From Eubacteriales bacterium (GTDB lineage Bacteria > Bacillota > Clostridia > Oscillospirales > CAG-272), in the NCBI GenBank assembly GCA_045126855.1, contig JBGVPG010000032.1, forward strand, positions 5,274 to 69,273: DNA of 64,000 nt, given 5' to 3'. The notes beneath the pieces are model-generated. The model was given only the letters and a program-made list of their open reading frames with translations, was not told the origin of the DNA and ran no database searches. Below are positions 18,722 to 26,979 of the stretch, piece after piece (within the stretch, counting starts at the first letter, position 1; each line of letters begins with the position of its first letter). The translations under genes were made by a program, and so were the position numbers.

Positions 18722-19489
18722 TTGACTATGAGTGAAATGAGACGACTGCTCAGCTTCGTCAGGCGAGCGGTAGACGATTACGATATGATCGAGGACGGCG
18801 ACAGGATCGCTGTCGGTGTTTCGGGAGGCAAGGATTCGCTCTGCCTGCTGGAGACTCTGGCGGAGATGCGCCGCTTCTATCCCAAGAAATACGACGTAGT
18901 TGCCATAACGGTGGATATGGGCTTCGAGGGTGCGGATTATTCGGAGGTTGAGGAGTTCTGCCGCAGAATAAATGTCAAATACGTGATAGAACGCACCGAT
19001 ATAGCGAAGATCGTTTTTGACATTCGCAAGGAGCCTAACCCATGTTCTCTCTGTGCAAAGCTTCGCCGTGGGTCGCTGCATTCGGCCGCTCAGGAGCAGG
19101 GCTGCAACAAGGTTGCCCTCGGTCACCATTTCGACGATGCTGTTGAGACCTTTATGATGAATATGTTCTTTGAGGGACGTCTCGGCTGCTTCTCGCCTAA
19201 GTCATATCTTTCAAACCGCAAGCTCGGACTTATCCGTCCCCTGCTCTATGCAACCGAAAAGGACGTGCAATACTTTACAAATAAAAGAAAGCTCCCCGTG
19301 GTGACAAGCCTCTGTCCCGAGGACCACGCCACCGAAAGGGAGAATATGAAAAATCTCCTCGCCGAGATTGAAAGAAATAATAAGGGCCTTCGCCACCGCA
19401 TATTCAACGCAATGTGCAAGGGCGAAATTGATGGCTTTAAGATCGTCGAGCGCAAGCCCCGTGAGAAGACAAAAAAAGAGACCGAGTGA
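18722..19489 (+). CDS. PP-loop ATPase, TtcA-like tRNA thiolation family
   Basis: SGGKDS PP-loop, PCSLCAKLRRG motif, GHHFDD. The track start is TTG at 18722; the ATG at 18728 is an alternative. Confidence 0.75.
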   Translation: MTMSEMRRLLSFVRRAVDDYDMIEDGDRIAVGVSGGKDSLCLLETLAEMRRFYPKKYDVVAITVDMGFEGADYSEVEEFCRRINVKYVIERTDIAKIVFDIRKEPNPCSLCAKLRRGSLHSAAQEQGCNKVALGHHFDDAVETFMMNMFFEGRLGCFSPKSYLSNRKLGLIRPLLYATEKDVQYFTNKRKLPVVTSLCPEDHATERENMKNLLAEIERNNKGLRHRIFNAMCKGEIDGFKIVERKPREKTKKETE

Positions 19490-19502
19490 TCGGTCTCTTT
19501 TT
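19471..19502. terminator. Bidirectional intrinsic terminator
   Basis: A-run, stem GAGACCG (19478..19484), loop AGTGAT, stem CGGTCTC (19491..19497), T-run. It lies between convergent genes. Confidence 0.75.
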
Positions 19503-19505
19503 ACT

Positions 19506-20117
19506 TTAGTTCTTAGTGATTGTAATAGTTACCTTGCCGTCTACGAGGTCGTAGTAAGCCTCGATGTCCTCTACGGAGTAGCCGTCGGGAAGCTCGGTGA
19601 TCTTAGCTGCATAGCTACCGTTCATGCTGGGTCTCTTTGCCTCACCGTTAGCATCGGTACTGCCCATGGGAACGCAGGTGCTGTCGTTACATACCTGAAC
19701 TATAACGCCTGCAACGGGGTTGCCGTCCTGGTCAACTACCTTAACTACGAAGGGAGCACGTGCGGTGAGTGTAACGGTGAGCTTGCCCTCGGAATCGAAT
19801 TCAAGAGTCTGACCAAGCTTGTCAAACTCGTATCCGGTGGGAACCTTATCAATTCTTGCGGTCATTTCCTTAGAGCTCTTCTGTGTTGCCTTACCGTCAG
19901 CCTCGGTATTCCAAGGGAACTCGGTGCCGCCCTTGGGGCAGAAGGTTACGTTTACGCCGGGAATAGGGTTGCCCTCGCTGTCAACAACGGTCACAACGTA
20001 GGTGGTCTTTTCATCGGCAGGGGGATTGTTTCCCTTATCGGTGTTATCCTTGTCATTACAAGCAACGAGGCAAAGCATCATTGCAAAAACGAGGATGAGA
20101 GATAATATCTTTTTCAT
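19506..20117 (-). CDS. Lipoprotein with repeated beta-sandwich (carboxypeptidase-regulatory-like) segments
   Basis: Signal peptide with lipobox LVAC (MKKILSLILVFAMMLCLVACN). Repeated V.V.D..GNP..GV.V motifs. Confidence 0.65.
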   Translation of the reverse strand: MKKILSLILVFAMMLCLVACNDKDNTDKGNNPPADEKTTYVVTVVDSEGNPIPGVNVTFCPKGGTEFPWNTEADGKATQKSSKEMTARIDKVPTGYEFDKLGQTLEFDSEGKLTVTLTARAPFVVKVVDQDGNPVAGVIVQVCNDSTCVPMGSTDANGEAKRPSMNGSYAAKITELPDGYSVEDIEAYYDLVDGKVTITITKN

Positions 20118-20347
20118 TTTTGTTCCTCCAAAATTTATTTTCCTTTATTATATCATACCCCATGTGTTTTTTCAAGATAAATCTTAAAAAAGACCAAAAA
20201 AGCTCCTTTGTGTATCTTTTACAAAATTTCGGCAAAAATTTTTATATTTTGCCACTCGAGGAAAACGGAGGTTTTGGGAGCATTCGGGAGAAAAAACGAG
20301 GTCTCGATTTCTAAATTAAATTTCTTCAAAAAAGTTTCAAAAAAGCA

Positions 20348-20376
20348 TTGACAAGTGGAATGTCTTGTGCTATAAT
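20348..20376 (+). promoter_or_regulatory. Consensus promoter for rplM-rpsI (TTGACA-17-TATAAT, extended TGc)
   Basis: TTGACA at 20348..20353, TATAAT at 20371..20376, about 45 nt upstream of the rplM ATG. Confidence 0.65.
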
Positions 20377-20419
20377 AAACAAGCTTGAAAAAAGTATCAA
20401 AATTTTGGAGGAATACAAA

Positions 20420-20845
20420 ATGTCCACATTTATGGCAAACGCACAGAACATCGAGCGTAAGTGGTACGTTATCGATGCAGCAGGCAAGCCCCTTGGCCGT
20501 ACTGCTGTTAAGGCTGCGAACATCCTTCGCGGCAAGCATAGACCCGAATTCACTCCTCACGCTGACTGCGGCGAGTTCGTTATCATCGTAAACGCTGATA
20601 AGGCTATTCTCACCGGTAAGAAGCTTGAGCAGAAGTACTGCCGTCATCACTCCGGTTACATCGGCGGTCTTAAGGAAATCCAGTACAAGACCCTTATGGC
20701 AACCCGTCCCGAGAAGGCTATGGAGCTCGCAGTTAAGGGAATGCTTCCCCACAACTCTATCGGCGCTAAGTCCTTCACCCGCCTTCACGTATATGCAGGC
20801 GCAGAACACAAGCAGCAGGCTCAGCAGCCTATTGCTATCGACTAA
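20420..20845 (+). CDS. rplM: 50S ribosomal protein L13
   Basis: [27 protein letters not shown]... The start at 20420 follows a GGAGG RBS (20407..20411); the track ORF begins further upstream at 20348. Confidence 0.95.
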   Translation: MSTFMANAQNIERKWYVIDAAGKPLGRTAVKAANILRGKHRPEFTPHADCGEFVIIVNADKAILTGKKLEQKYCRHHSGYIGGLKEIQYKTLMATRPEKAMELAVKGMLPHNSIGAKSFTRLHVYAGAEHKQQAQQPIAID

Positions 20846-20861
20846 TGGGAGGTAAGTGAGA

Positions 20862-21263
20862 ATGTATACAAGTGCTAAACCCTATTTCTACGGAACCGGT
20901 AGAAGAAAGAAGTCCGTTGCTAGAGTTCGTCTCTATCCCGGCACCGGCGCTATCACCATCAACGGCAGAGATATCGCTGATTACTTCGGTCTTGAGACCA
21001 TGAAGCTTATTGTTAACCAGCCCTTCGGCGTTACCGATACCGTTGGCAAGTTCGACGTTGTTGTTAACGTAAACGGCGGTGGCTTCTCCGGCCAGGCAGG
21101 TGCAATCCGTCACGGTGTTTCTCGTGCACTCCTTTCTGCAGACGAGACCTACAAGCCCCTCCTCAAGAAGGCCGGCTTCCTTACTCGTGATCCTCGTATG
21201 AAGGAGAGAAAGAAGTACGGACTCAAGGGCGCTCGTCGTGCTCCTCAGTTCTCGAAGAGATAA
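20862..21263 (+). CDS. rpsI: 30S ribosomal protein S9
   Basis: [24 protein letters not shown]... ending in RRAPQFSKR. The ATG at 20862 follows a GGGAGG RBS. Confidence 0.95.
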   Translation: MYTSAKPYFYGTGRRKKSVARVRLYPGTGAITINGRDIADYFGLETMKLIVNQPFGVTDTVGKFDVVVNVNGGGFSGQAGAIRHGVSRALLSADETYKPLLKKAGFLTRDPRMKERKKYGLKGARRAPQFSKR

Positions 21264-21284
21264 TTTCGACCTTTGGTCGAATAC

Positions 21285-21318
21285 AAAAAATGCTCAACTT
21301 CGGTTGGGCATTTTTTAT
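21285..21318 (+). terminator. rplM-rpsI intrinsic terminator
   Basis: Stem TGCTCAAC (21291..21298), loop TTCG, stem GTTGGGCA, then TTTTTT. A smaller hairpin, TTCGACC-ttt-GGTCGAA, precedes it. Confidence 0.8.
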
Positions 21319-21342
21319 TATCTCTTCGACGGACTGAGGAGC

Positions 21343-21525
21343 AGTTATATTCGCCTGCAGCGAGTGATATTGCTACGCAGTGATATTTGGCTTACGCCAA
21401 GTGATATTCGCTTTGCGAGTTTTAGTGGCGAATATAATATCACTGTGAGCATAATTTGCAATTCAAATTTGCGAACAATATCACTACGAGCAAAGCGAGT
21501 AATATCACTGCGAAGCAATATCACT
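21343..21525. repeat. Array 1 of mini-hairpin + ATATCACT units (4 inverted + 4 direct)
   Basis: AGTTATAT at 21343; AGTGATAT at 21363, 21379 and 21400; ATATCACT at 21437, 21478, 21502 and 21518. Each abuts a short GC-clamped palindrome. Confidence 0.85.
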
Positions 21526-21594
21526 ATGCATAATCGATAAAAATTTGCTTTAATCAAAAAGGGCGGTTCAATTTGTAAAAACTCCGCCGTCAAT

Positions 21595-21725
21595 ATAATC
21601 AAACGAAGCGAATCGACGAGTTTGCTCGTCAGCGAGCGAGTGCAGATTGCTCTGCGAACGTTTTGCGAGTAGCAAAACAAGGTGCGTCGTACCGCCTCGC
21701 AAGAGGCAAAGTTCGCAATGAGTAT
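21595..21725 (+). repeat. 131-bp structured repeat, copy A
   Basis: It aligns along its full length with 22631..22761 at roughly four identities in five (by eye). Hairpins are GACGAG-tttg-CTCGTC, GTTTTGC-gagta-GCAAAAC and GCCTC-gcaa-GAGGC. Confidence 0.8.
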
Positions 21726-21798
21726 TTACTTTTTGCCGTTTTTATGGTATAATACAACTAATCGATAAACTTGAATTTGACGAGGGATGTGGTTTTTA

Positions 21799-22119
21799 AT
21801 GATAGATGACAAGATTAAAAATAGCATAGTAGAAAAATTTGAAATAGCTTCTAAGGAATTCAACTTTAATTTCGTTACTCCATATTGTACAGGCAAAAAT
21901 CATAAGTTGTGTTTTTTCGGTTATTTGTTTAAAGATAATCCTGAAAAAGGGGTAATAATTGATATAATTTGTGACTTTAAAGATAGAAATATCGAAAAGC
22001 GAAAGTATTGTGAAGATAACAATCTGTTTTATAGCTGTTTGTATATAGAACCTTTACTTGGAGAATACAAACGTAGCTATTTTAGTAAAATGCTAAAAGA
22101 TTGGAGATATGAGTTTTAA
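21799..22119 (+). CDS. Small hypothetical protein (AT-rich cassette gene 1)
   Basis: ORF 21787..22119. K/N/F/Y-rich with A/T-ending codons, unlike the neighbours. Start uncertain (21787 or 21799). Upstream GAATTTGACGAGG box. Confidence 0.5.
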   Translation: MIDDKIKNSIVEKFEIASKEFNFNFVTPYCTGKNHKLCFFGYLFKDNPEKGVIIDIICDFKDRNIEKRKYCEDNNLFYSCLYIEPLLGEYKRSYFSKMLKDWRYEF

Positions 22120-22157
22120 GGTATTAAACGAATAAGAATTTGACGAGGTGATGACAG

Positions 22158-22544
22158 ATGAAATTTAACGATTATTGGAAAATTCCAACAAATGCAAAGC
22201 AATATTTTTCACCCAAATATGAAAAAAAGTTAAAAGAGAAATATGGTGTGTGGTATACTTTTCACACTTTTTTGTCGATTTTAATACTCTTTATTCCTTT
22301 GGTAATTTTCTTTGTTATTTCTCCATCTAATGCATTTAATCCAAGCACTCAAATGGATAATATTATTGGTGGTATAGGTGGAATTATTGGGGTAATAGGA
22401 TCATTCTCTATCGGTGTTGGTTTGGTAAATGTTTTTATGTGTTTTATCAAACAGTATTTAGGTCATTGGGTTACTATTCTTACAATTGTTGGCGGAATAC
22501 TATTAGATATATTGGCCTTATTTGTGTTTTCGTTTGTTAGTTAA
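22158..22544 (+). CDS. Small hypothetical membrane protein (AT-rich cassette gene 2)
   Basis: 128 aa with three hydrophobic segments. It has the same GAATTTGACGAGG box (with a GAGGTGA RBS) upstream. Confidence 0.55.
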   Translation: MKFNDYWKIPTNAKQYFSPKYEKKLKEKYGVWYTFHTFLSILILFIPLVIFFVISPSNAFNPSTQMDNIIGGIGGIIGVIGSFSIGVGLVNVFMCFIKQYLGHWVTILTIVGGILLDILALFVFSFVS

Positions 22545-22630
22545 ATTCCAATTTATCGAGCCGAATAGGCGTTGAGTGCCCGTGTGATTTTGGTGCAACA
22601 CTTTATGTTAGCGTACTCACGATATTCACG

Positions 22631-22761
22631 ATAATCAAATAAAGCGAGTCGGCAAGCTTGCTTGTCAGCGAGCAAGTGTAGATTGCTCCTCGAGTGTTTT
22701 GCAAACAGCAAAACAGAGTGCGTAGCACCACCTCGCAAGAGGGGTAACTCGCAAGGAGCAT
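22631..22761 (+). repeat. 131-bp structured repeat, copy B
   Basis: Hairpins are GGCAAG-cttg-CTTGTC (with a G.T pair), GTTTTGC-aaaca-GCAAAAC and CCTC-gcaa-GAGG, at positions equivalent to copy A. Confidence 0.8.
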
Positions 22762-22913
22762 ATCAAACAGTATTGCTAAAACTCCAAGAGAAAATTAAAA
22801 GTTCATAACGAAAAGATATACATAATTTCCCTACCCCGTAATTTTGTATTTACAAACAGTTCCTTTTGTGATATAATAGGACAGACAATTTTTCTAACCG
22901 ACAGGAGTGCATC

Positions 22914-23819
22914 ATGGGATTAATTGAAAATGCCATTATATCTATCACAAAACTGAAAATGAAAAACGCCTTTAACCCCGGGAAGGTGGAAGAGGTGCCT
23001 TCCGACGGTTTAAAGGAATACAGAGATATTCCCTATACCAATCGCGCAGGAAAAGAATTACTAATGGATATATTCGAGCCAATCGCACCCGAAGGCACAG
23101 AGCTCCCCGTTATTGTTAACATTCACGGTGGTGGATTGATTGGCGGAAGCAAAAACCTTTCCGTAGGATTTTGCAGGCAGCTGGCGAAAAGAGGATATTT
23201 GGTTTTCTCTTTGGAATACCGTCTTATTCCTGACGTTCGTGTATACGAGCAGTTTGACGACGTGTGCGCAGGAATGGATTGCATCGGCAGAAAGCTTGTA
23301 GATTTTGACGTTGATTTCACGAGAATTTACATGGTTGCCGAAAGCGCAGGCGCATATCTCGCAACATACGTTGCCGCAATGAAGAAGTCAAAGGCATTGC
23401 AGGACGCAATAGGCTATCCGCCCACGAGCATGGTCTTCAAGGCCATGGGGTTAATCAGCGGAATGTTCTACACTAGGAGAAATGACATGCTGGGTCGCTT
23501 TTTGTCCCCATCAATATACGGCAAGGATGAGCGTAGTTTAGCAATGGCAGAATATACAAATCCCGAACACCCCGAGATCATCCACAACATCCCTCCCTGC
23601 TACCTTATAACCAGCAAGGCAGATATGCTTGAAAGATATACACTCGACTTTGCAGGAGAGCTCGGCAACAAGGGTGTTGAGCATCATTTAAGGCATATGG
23701 GAAGCGATCCAAAGCTTTTGCACGCCTTCCCCGTTCTAAACGCAACATTGCCCGAGAGCGTGAGAGTGATCGATGAAATCGTCGACTGGTTCAAGGCACA
23801 CGAACCCACGACACTTTGA
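22914..23819 (+). CDS. Alpha/beta hydrolase (esterase/lipase, HGGG type)
   Basis: 301 aa with oxyanion motif NIHGGGLIGG and nucleophile elbow VAESAGAY. Candidate promoter TTTACA-17-TATAAT at 22849..22877. Confidence 0.8.
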   Translation: MGLIENAIISITKLKMKNAFNPGKVEEVPSDGLKEYRDIPYTNRAGKELLMDIFEPIAPEGTELPVIVNIHGGGLIGGSKNLSVGFCRQLAKRGYLVFSLEYRLIPDVRVYEQFDDVCAGMDCIGRKLVDFDVDFTRIYMVAESAGAYLATYVAAMKKSKALQDAIGYPPTSMVFKAMGLISGMFYTRRNDMLGRFLSPSIYGKDERSLAMAEYTNPEHPEIIHNIPPCYLITSKADMLERYTLDFAGELGNKGVEHHLRHMGSDPKLLHAFPVLNATLPESVRVIDEIVDWFKAHEPTTL

Positions 23820-23821
23820 AA

Positions 23822-23851
23822 AAATGGCGGTTTTTGACCGCCATTTTTTGA
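23822..23851 (+). terminator. Intrinsic terminator after the hydrolase gene
   Basis: AATGGCGGT-ttttg-ACCGCCATT followed by TTTTT. Confidence 0.8.
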
Positions 23852-23912
23852 TCTTTACAAATTGAACATATTGTGATATAATTTAATTAAACTAAAGAAA
23901 GAAGGGATCACG

Positions 23913-24197
23913 ATGAAGAAAACGTTTATATGCAGCATCATTTGCCCCGGCGGTATACTTGGCGGAGGTCTGTACCTCGATGACAAAGCTCTTACCTACA
24001 AGACAAACAAGCTGACCGTTGATGCACAGTACAGAAACCTTGTGTTGCCGCTAGCGGAAATAAAGGAAATCTCCTGGAAACGGATTCTCTTCCCCATCGC
24101 AACGGTCCATATGAAGCACGGCGGTGATTACAAATTTTTGCTGTTTGGCAAAGCTCGTTTTGAAGAATGTTTTAAGGATGCCTTGGCACAAGGTTGA
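23913..24197 (+). CDS. Small hypothetical protein (possible PH/GRAM-like fold)
   Basis: 94 aa; GAAGGG RBS; promoter TTTACA-17-TATAAT just upstream. The fold suggestion rests on sequence pattern only. Confidence 0.5.
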   Translation: MKKTFICSIICPGGILGGGLYLDDKALTYKTNKLTVDAQYRNLVLPLAEIKEISWKRILFPIATVHMKHGGDYKFLLFGKARFEECFKDALAQG

Positions 24198-24227
24198 CAT
24201 ATAAAAAAATTAAGGAGGTCTCGGACA

Positions 24228-24809
24228 ATGAAAAGAATCCTCGCGTTAATTTTATCCATCATACTGCTCTTCAGCCTTAGCGGATGCATCAAAATTTACA
24301 AGCAAGCCTGGGACGGCTTCTGCTACACGGCGGAGGATGCTCCCGTTGAGCTTGACTCGGAGGCAAAGAGTTACATTCTTGACCTGTTGAACGAGGGAAA
24401 GTGGACTAGCGGCGTAATAAAATGCCCCTCTGATTTTTACCTCTCCCTGCAGGTTCAGAGGGTTGGATACGTCTCCTCCGAGGGATACTTCGTTGACTAT
24501 ACCCTGCAGCGTTCGCTGAAGCTGACCGACGAGCAGCGTGAGAAGGTGAACGGATACCTTTTTGAAGATATTCGGGTGAAATTTGAAGGCAGAGTGACCG
24601 AAAAGTATGATAATGGCTGCCTTTTGGAGATAACCTACGGCGGAGAAAGCGGCATGGCTGAGGGTTCGCCGATCATGGTTCACCTCGGTGACGCAGAGTG
24701 CCCCGAGTATGAGGTGGGCGACGTTCTGGTAATTGTTTTCAACGGTATGGTTGCCGAGAGCTATCCGCCACAGATATTCAGCGTATACGAGGTATATAAA
24801 TCCGAATAA
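24228..24809 (+). CDS. Lipoprotein, N-terminal domain paralogous to 25669..26886
   Basis: Lipobox LSGC. The stretch YKQAWDGFCY...LLNEGKWTSGVIKC...LQRSLKLTDEQREKVNGYL matches the other lipoprotein. Confidence 0.65.
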   Translation: MKRILALILSIILLFSLSGCIKIYKQAWDGFCYTAEDAPVELDSEAKSYILDLLNEGKWTSGVIKCPSDFYLSLQVQRVGYVSSEGYFVDYTLQRSLKLTDEQREKVNGYLFEDIRVKFEGRVTEKYDNGCLLEITYGGESGMAEGSPIMVHLGDAECPEYEVGDVLVIVFNGMVAESYPPQIFSVYEVYKSE

Positions 24810-24883
24810 ACGGTAAAACTCTACGCTCCGTGGGTGTTCTACGGGGCGTATTTTATGTATAATGGTAGCGAAAGGAGAAAAAT

Positions 24884-25492
24884 ATGGATCAAATTAAAAC
24901 AGGCAAATTTATTGCCGAAATGAGAAAAGAACAAAACCTGACCCAACGTCAGCTTGCCGACGCCCTGCTAATCAGCGATAAAACGGTGTCGAAATGGGAG
25001 TGCGGCAAGGGTCTGCCCGAGGTTTCTCTTATGCTGCCATTATGCGATATTCTGAAGATCACGGTCAATGATCTGCTCAGCGGCAGAAGGGTCTCCGACG
25101 GCGAATATAAAATGAAAGCCGAGGAAAATATTATGAAGTTGATGAAGGAAAACGAAGAAAACAAACAGCGGATGATCACATCCATTGCCTGCGGAATAGT
25201 CACCATAATTGCCGTGTGCTCGCTTGTAGTAATTGCGGCATACATTGAAATGCACTGGGCGATAAGAATAGCTTTAATTATCTTTGCCATAGCAACTGCG
25301 GTTCTTGGCATAGGCGCGGCGGCGGTCCTCGAAAGAAAGGCAGGCTACTACGAGTGCCCCCATTGTAAGGAGCTGTTCGTTCCCGAGATGAAGGATTACG
25401 TAGCAGGCGTTCATACCTTGACAAAGCGTATGCTTCCCTGCCCGAAATGCGGCAAAAAGAGCATGTGTCGTCATATAGTTACAAAAAAATAA
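24884..25492 (+). CDS. XRE-family HTH regulator fused to two TM segments and a C-terminal zinc ribbon
   Basis: N-terminal HTH (IAEMRKEQNLTQRQLADALLISDKTVSKWECG), TM helices at about aa 100-150, then CPHC...CPKCG. Confidence 0.8.
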   Translation: MDQIKTGKFIAEMRKEQNLTQRQLADALLISDKTVSKWECGKGLPEVSLMLPLCDILKITVNDLLSGRRVSDGEYKMKAEENIMKLMKENEENKQRMITSIACGIVTIIAVCSLVVIAAYIEMHWAIRIALIIFAIATAVLGIGAAAVLERKAGYYECPHCKELFVPEMKDYVAGVHTLTKRMLPCPKCGKKSMCRHIVTKK

Positions 25493-25521
25493 ACCATGGG
25501 CGAGGAGCAATCCTCGCCCTA

Positions 25522-25550
25522 TTGACATTTTTACACCTAAGTGATACAAT
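25522..25550 (+). promoter_or_regulatory. Consensus promoter (TTGACA-17-TACAAT, extended TGa) upstream of the 405-aa lipoprotein gene
   Basis: It follows the hairpin GGGCGAGGA-gcaa-TCCTCGCCC and leaves a leader of about 110 nt. Confidence 0.6.
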
Positions 25551-25668
25551 GTAATCAAGGTTAATGATTTCGAAGAAATATCATATTAATTAATTTTTTG
25601 TTTTGTGAAACCTTTTGGTGTTTTTTGGTGTCATATATATTGAAAAATAATTTTCAGGAGGAAGATAT

Positions 25669-26886
25669 ATGAAGAAGCTTATTGTTTTAGTTATTACCCT
25701 TACGCTTATGCTTTTGCTCAGCAGCTGTGATATTCAACTCTATAAGCTGCCGCACGACGCCTTTTGCTACTCCGACACCGACACGGTGGTAGAGCTCGAA
25801 ATCGAAGAGAAGGAATACATAATCAATCTTCTGAACGAGGGCAAGTGGCACCCTGACGTTGCAAAATGCACCACCGACTATAATTTCTACACCCAAAAGC
25901 AATCCCTTGGCTACAATGCCGAGGAGGGCATCTTCAACGATTTTACTCTGAGCCGATCTCTCAAGCTCTCCGAGGAGGACAGAATTGCGGTCAATCTCTA
26001 TTTAGGCTATAAGGACGCCGATGAGACTCCCTTTACTCCCTCTCCCGATGAGACCTATTCCTTCGAGGAAATATACAACCTCTCATCTTATATAAACCTC
26101 GACGAGATCACCTCGATCAAGATTGATTTCAACCGCGGTTATTTGGGACGTGCAATGATGCACGACGTTAGTATTACGACCGACCAAGGATACATTAATT
26201 CTGTAAAGGAATTTATAAAGAATTCTGTTTTCTCCGTAGGTCTTCTTTCTGACGGAGCAAGTATTTACAGCGTTACTCTGCTTGCAGGTGACAAGCCCTT
26301 CAATTTCCATTTCTCGTCTGGCGACGAGTTTGTTACGAGCGGTTATGATTTCACGTCGTCCATTCCCTTCCCTCTGACGGACAAGTTTGACGAAGGATAT
26401 AATTATCTGCAGCCTATAATGAATAAAATTGAGTATTACTCCTACGGAGAGGTCAAGACAATTACTGACTTTGACATTACGGAAATACACCTTACGCCCA
26501 TTGAATACGAAATGGTCGCATACGATTATACCAAGGATGCATACCTGAGAATTGACGATGAGGTCTTCAACATTATTTCCAAAGATACGATTTACTCATC
26601 CTCAAGAGGTTACTATAAGGTTGTTGGCGAAAAGGATTTCGCAAGCCTAATACCCAAGGGAGAGAAAACTTCAAAAATTACATTTGTTGATGAAAATGGC
26701 AAAGAGCTTGGCGTGATCATTGTCAGCGATGATATTGTATATACCTTAGATGAGATTGAAGCCGTACTAAGAACTATTACAAACGGAACAAGATTTGAAA
26801 TCAAAAACAAGAATGGCGAGAGCTTCACGGACAGAGAATTTACAAAAGATGAAACACTCACCGTAAAAATTACACCACGTTGCTGA
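25669..26886 (+). CDS. Lipoprotein (405 aa), N-terminal domain paralogous to 24228..24809
   Basis: Lipobox LSSC. The stretch YKLPHDAFCY...LLNEGKWHPDVAKC...LSRSLKLSEEDRIAVNLYL matches the shorter lipoprotein. Confidence 0.65.
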   Translation: MKKLIVLVITLTLMLLLSSCDIQLYKLPHDAFCYSDTDTVVELEIEEKEYIINLLNEGKWHPDVAKCTTDYNFYTQKQSLGYNAEEGIFNDFTLSRSLKLSEEDRIAVNLYLGYKDADETPFTPSPDETYSFEEIYNLSSYINLDEITSIKIDFNRGYLGRAMMHDVSITTDQGYINSVKEFIKNSVFSVGLLSDGASIYSVTLLAGDKPFNFHFSSGDEFVTSGYDFTSSIPFPLTDKFDEGYNYLQPIMNKIEYYSYGEVKTITDFDITEIHLTPIEYEMVAYDYTKDAYLRIDDEVFNIISKDTIYSSSRGYYKVVGEKDFASLIPKGEKTSKITFVDENGKELGVIIVSDDIVYTLDEIEAVLRTITNGTRFEIKNKNGESFTDREFTKDETLTVKITPRC

Positions 26887-26979
26887 TAACCTTAGATATT
26901 GATAGGGCGAGATCTTCTCGCCCTATTTACTTTTTCGTCGGGCTGTGATATAATATAGAAAAAGAAAAGGAGCTGTAAT

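Noticed and set aside
21343-21525. CRISPR interpretation of the ATATCACT arrays (also 54972..55076)
   Set aside because: The constant part is only 8-9 nt and the variable parts are 12-15 nt and self-complementary. The period is about 22 nt, one array is internally inverted, and there are no cas genes. None of this fits CRISPR repeat and spacer dimensions.
21238-21680. ORFs 21238..21540 (+) and 21345..21680 (-) with repeated LRSDI/LRSNIT peptides; also 22553..22738 (-)
   Set aside because: The peptide repeats are just translations of the ATATCACT/AGTGATAT DNA units, which occur in both orientations. There is no RBS, the ORFs span a terminator and non-coding repeats, and the composition is unlike that of the neighbouring genes.
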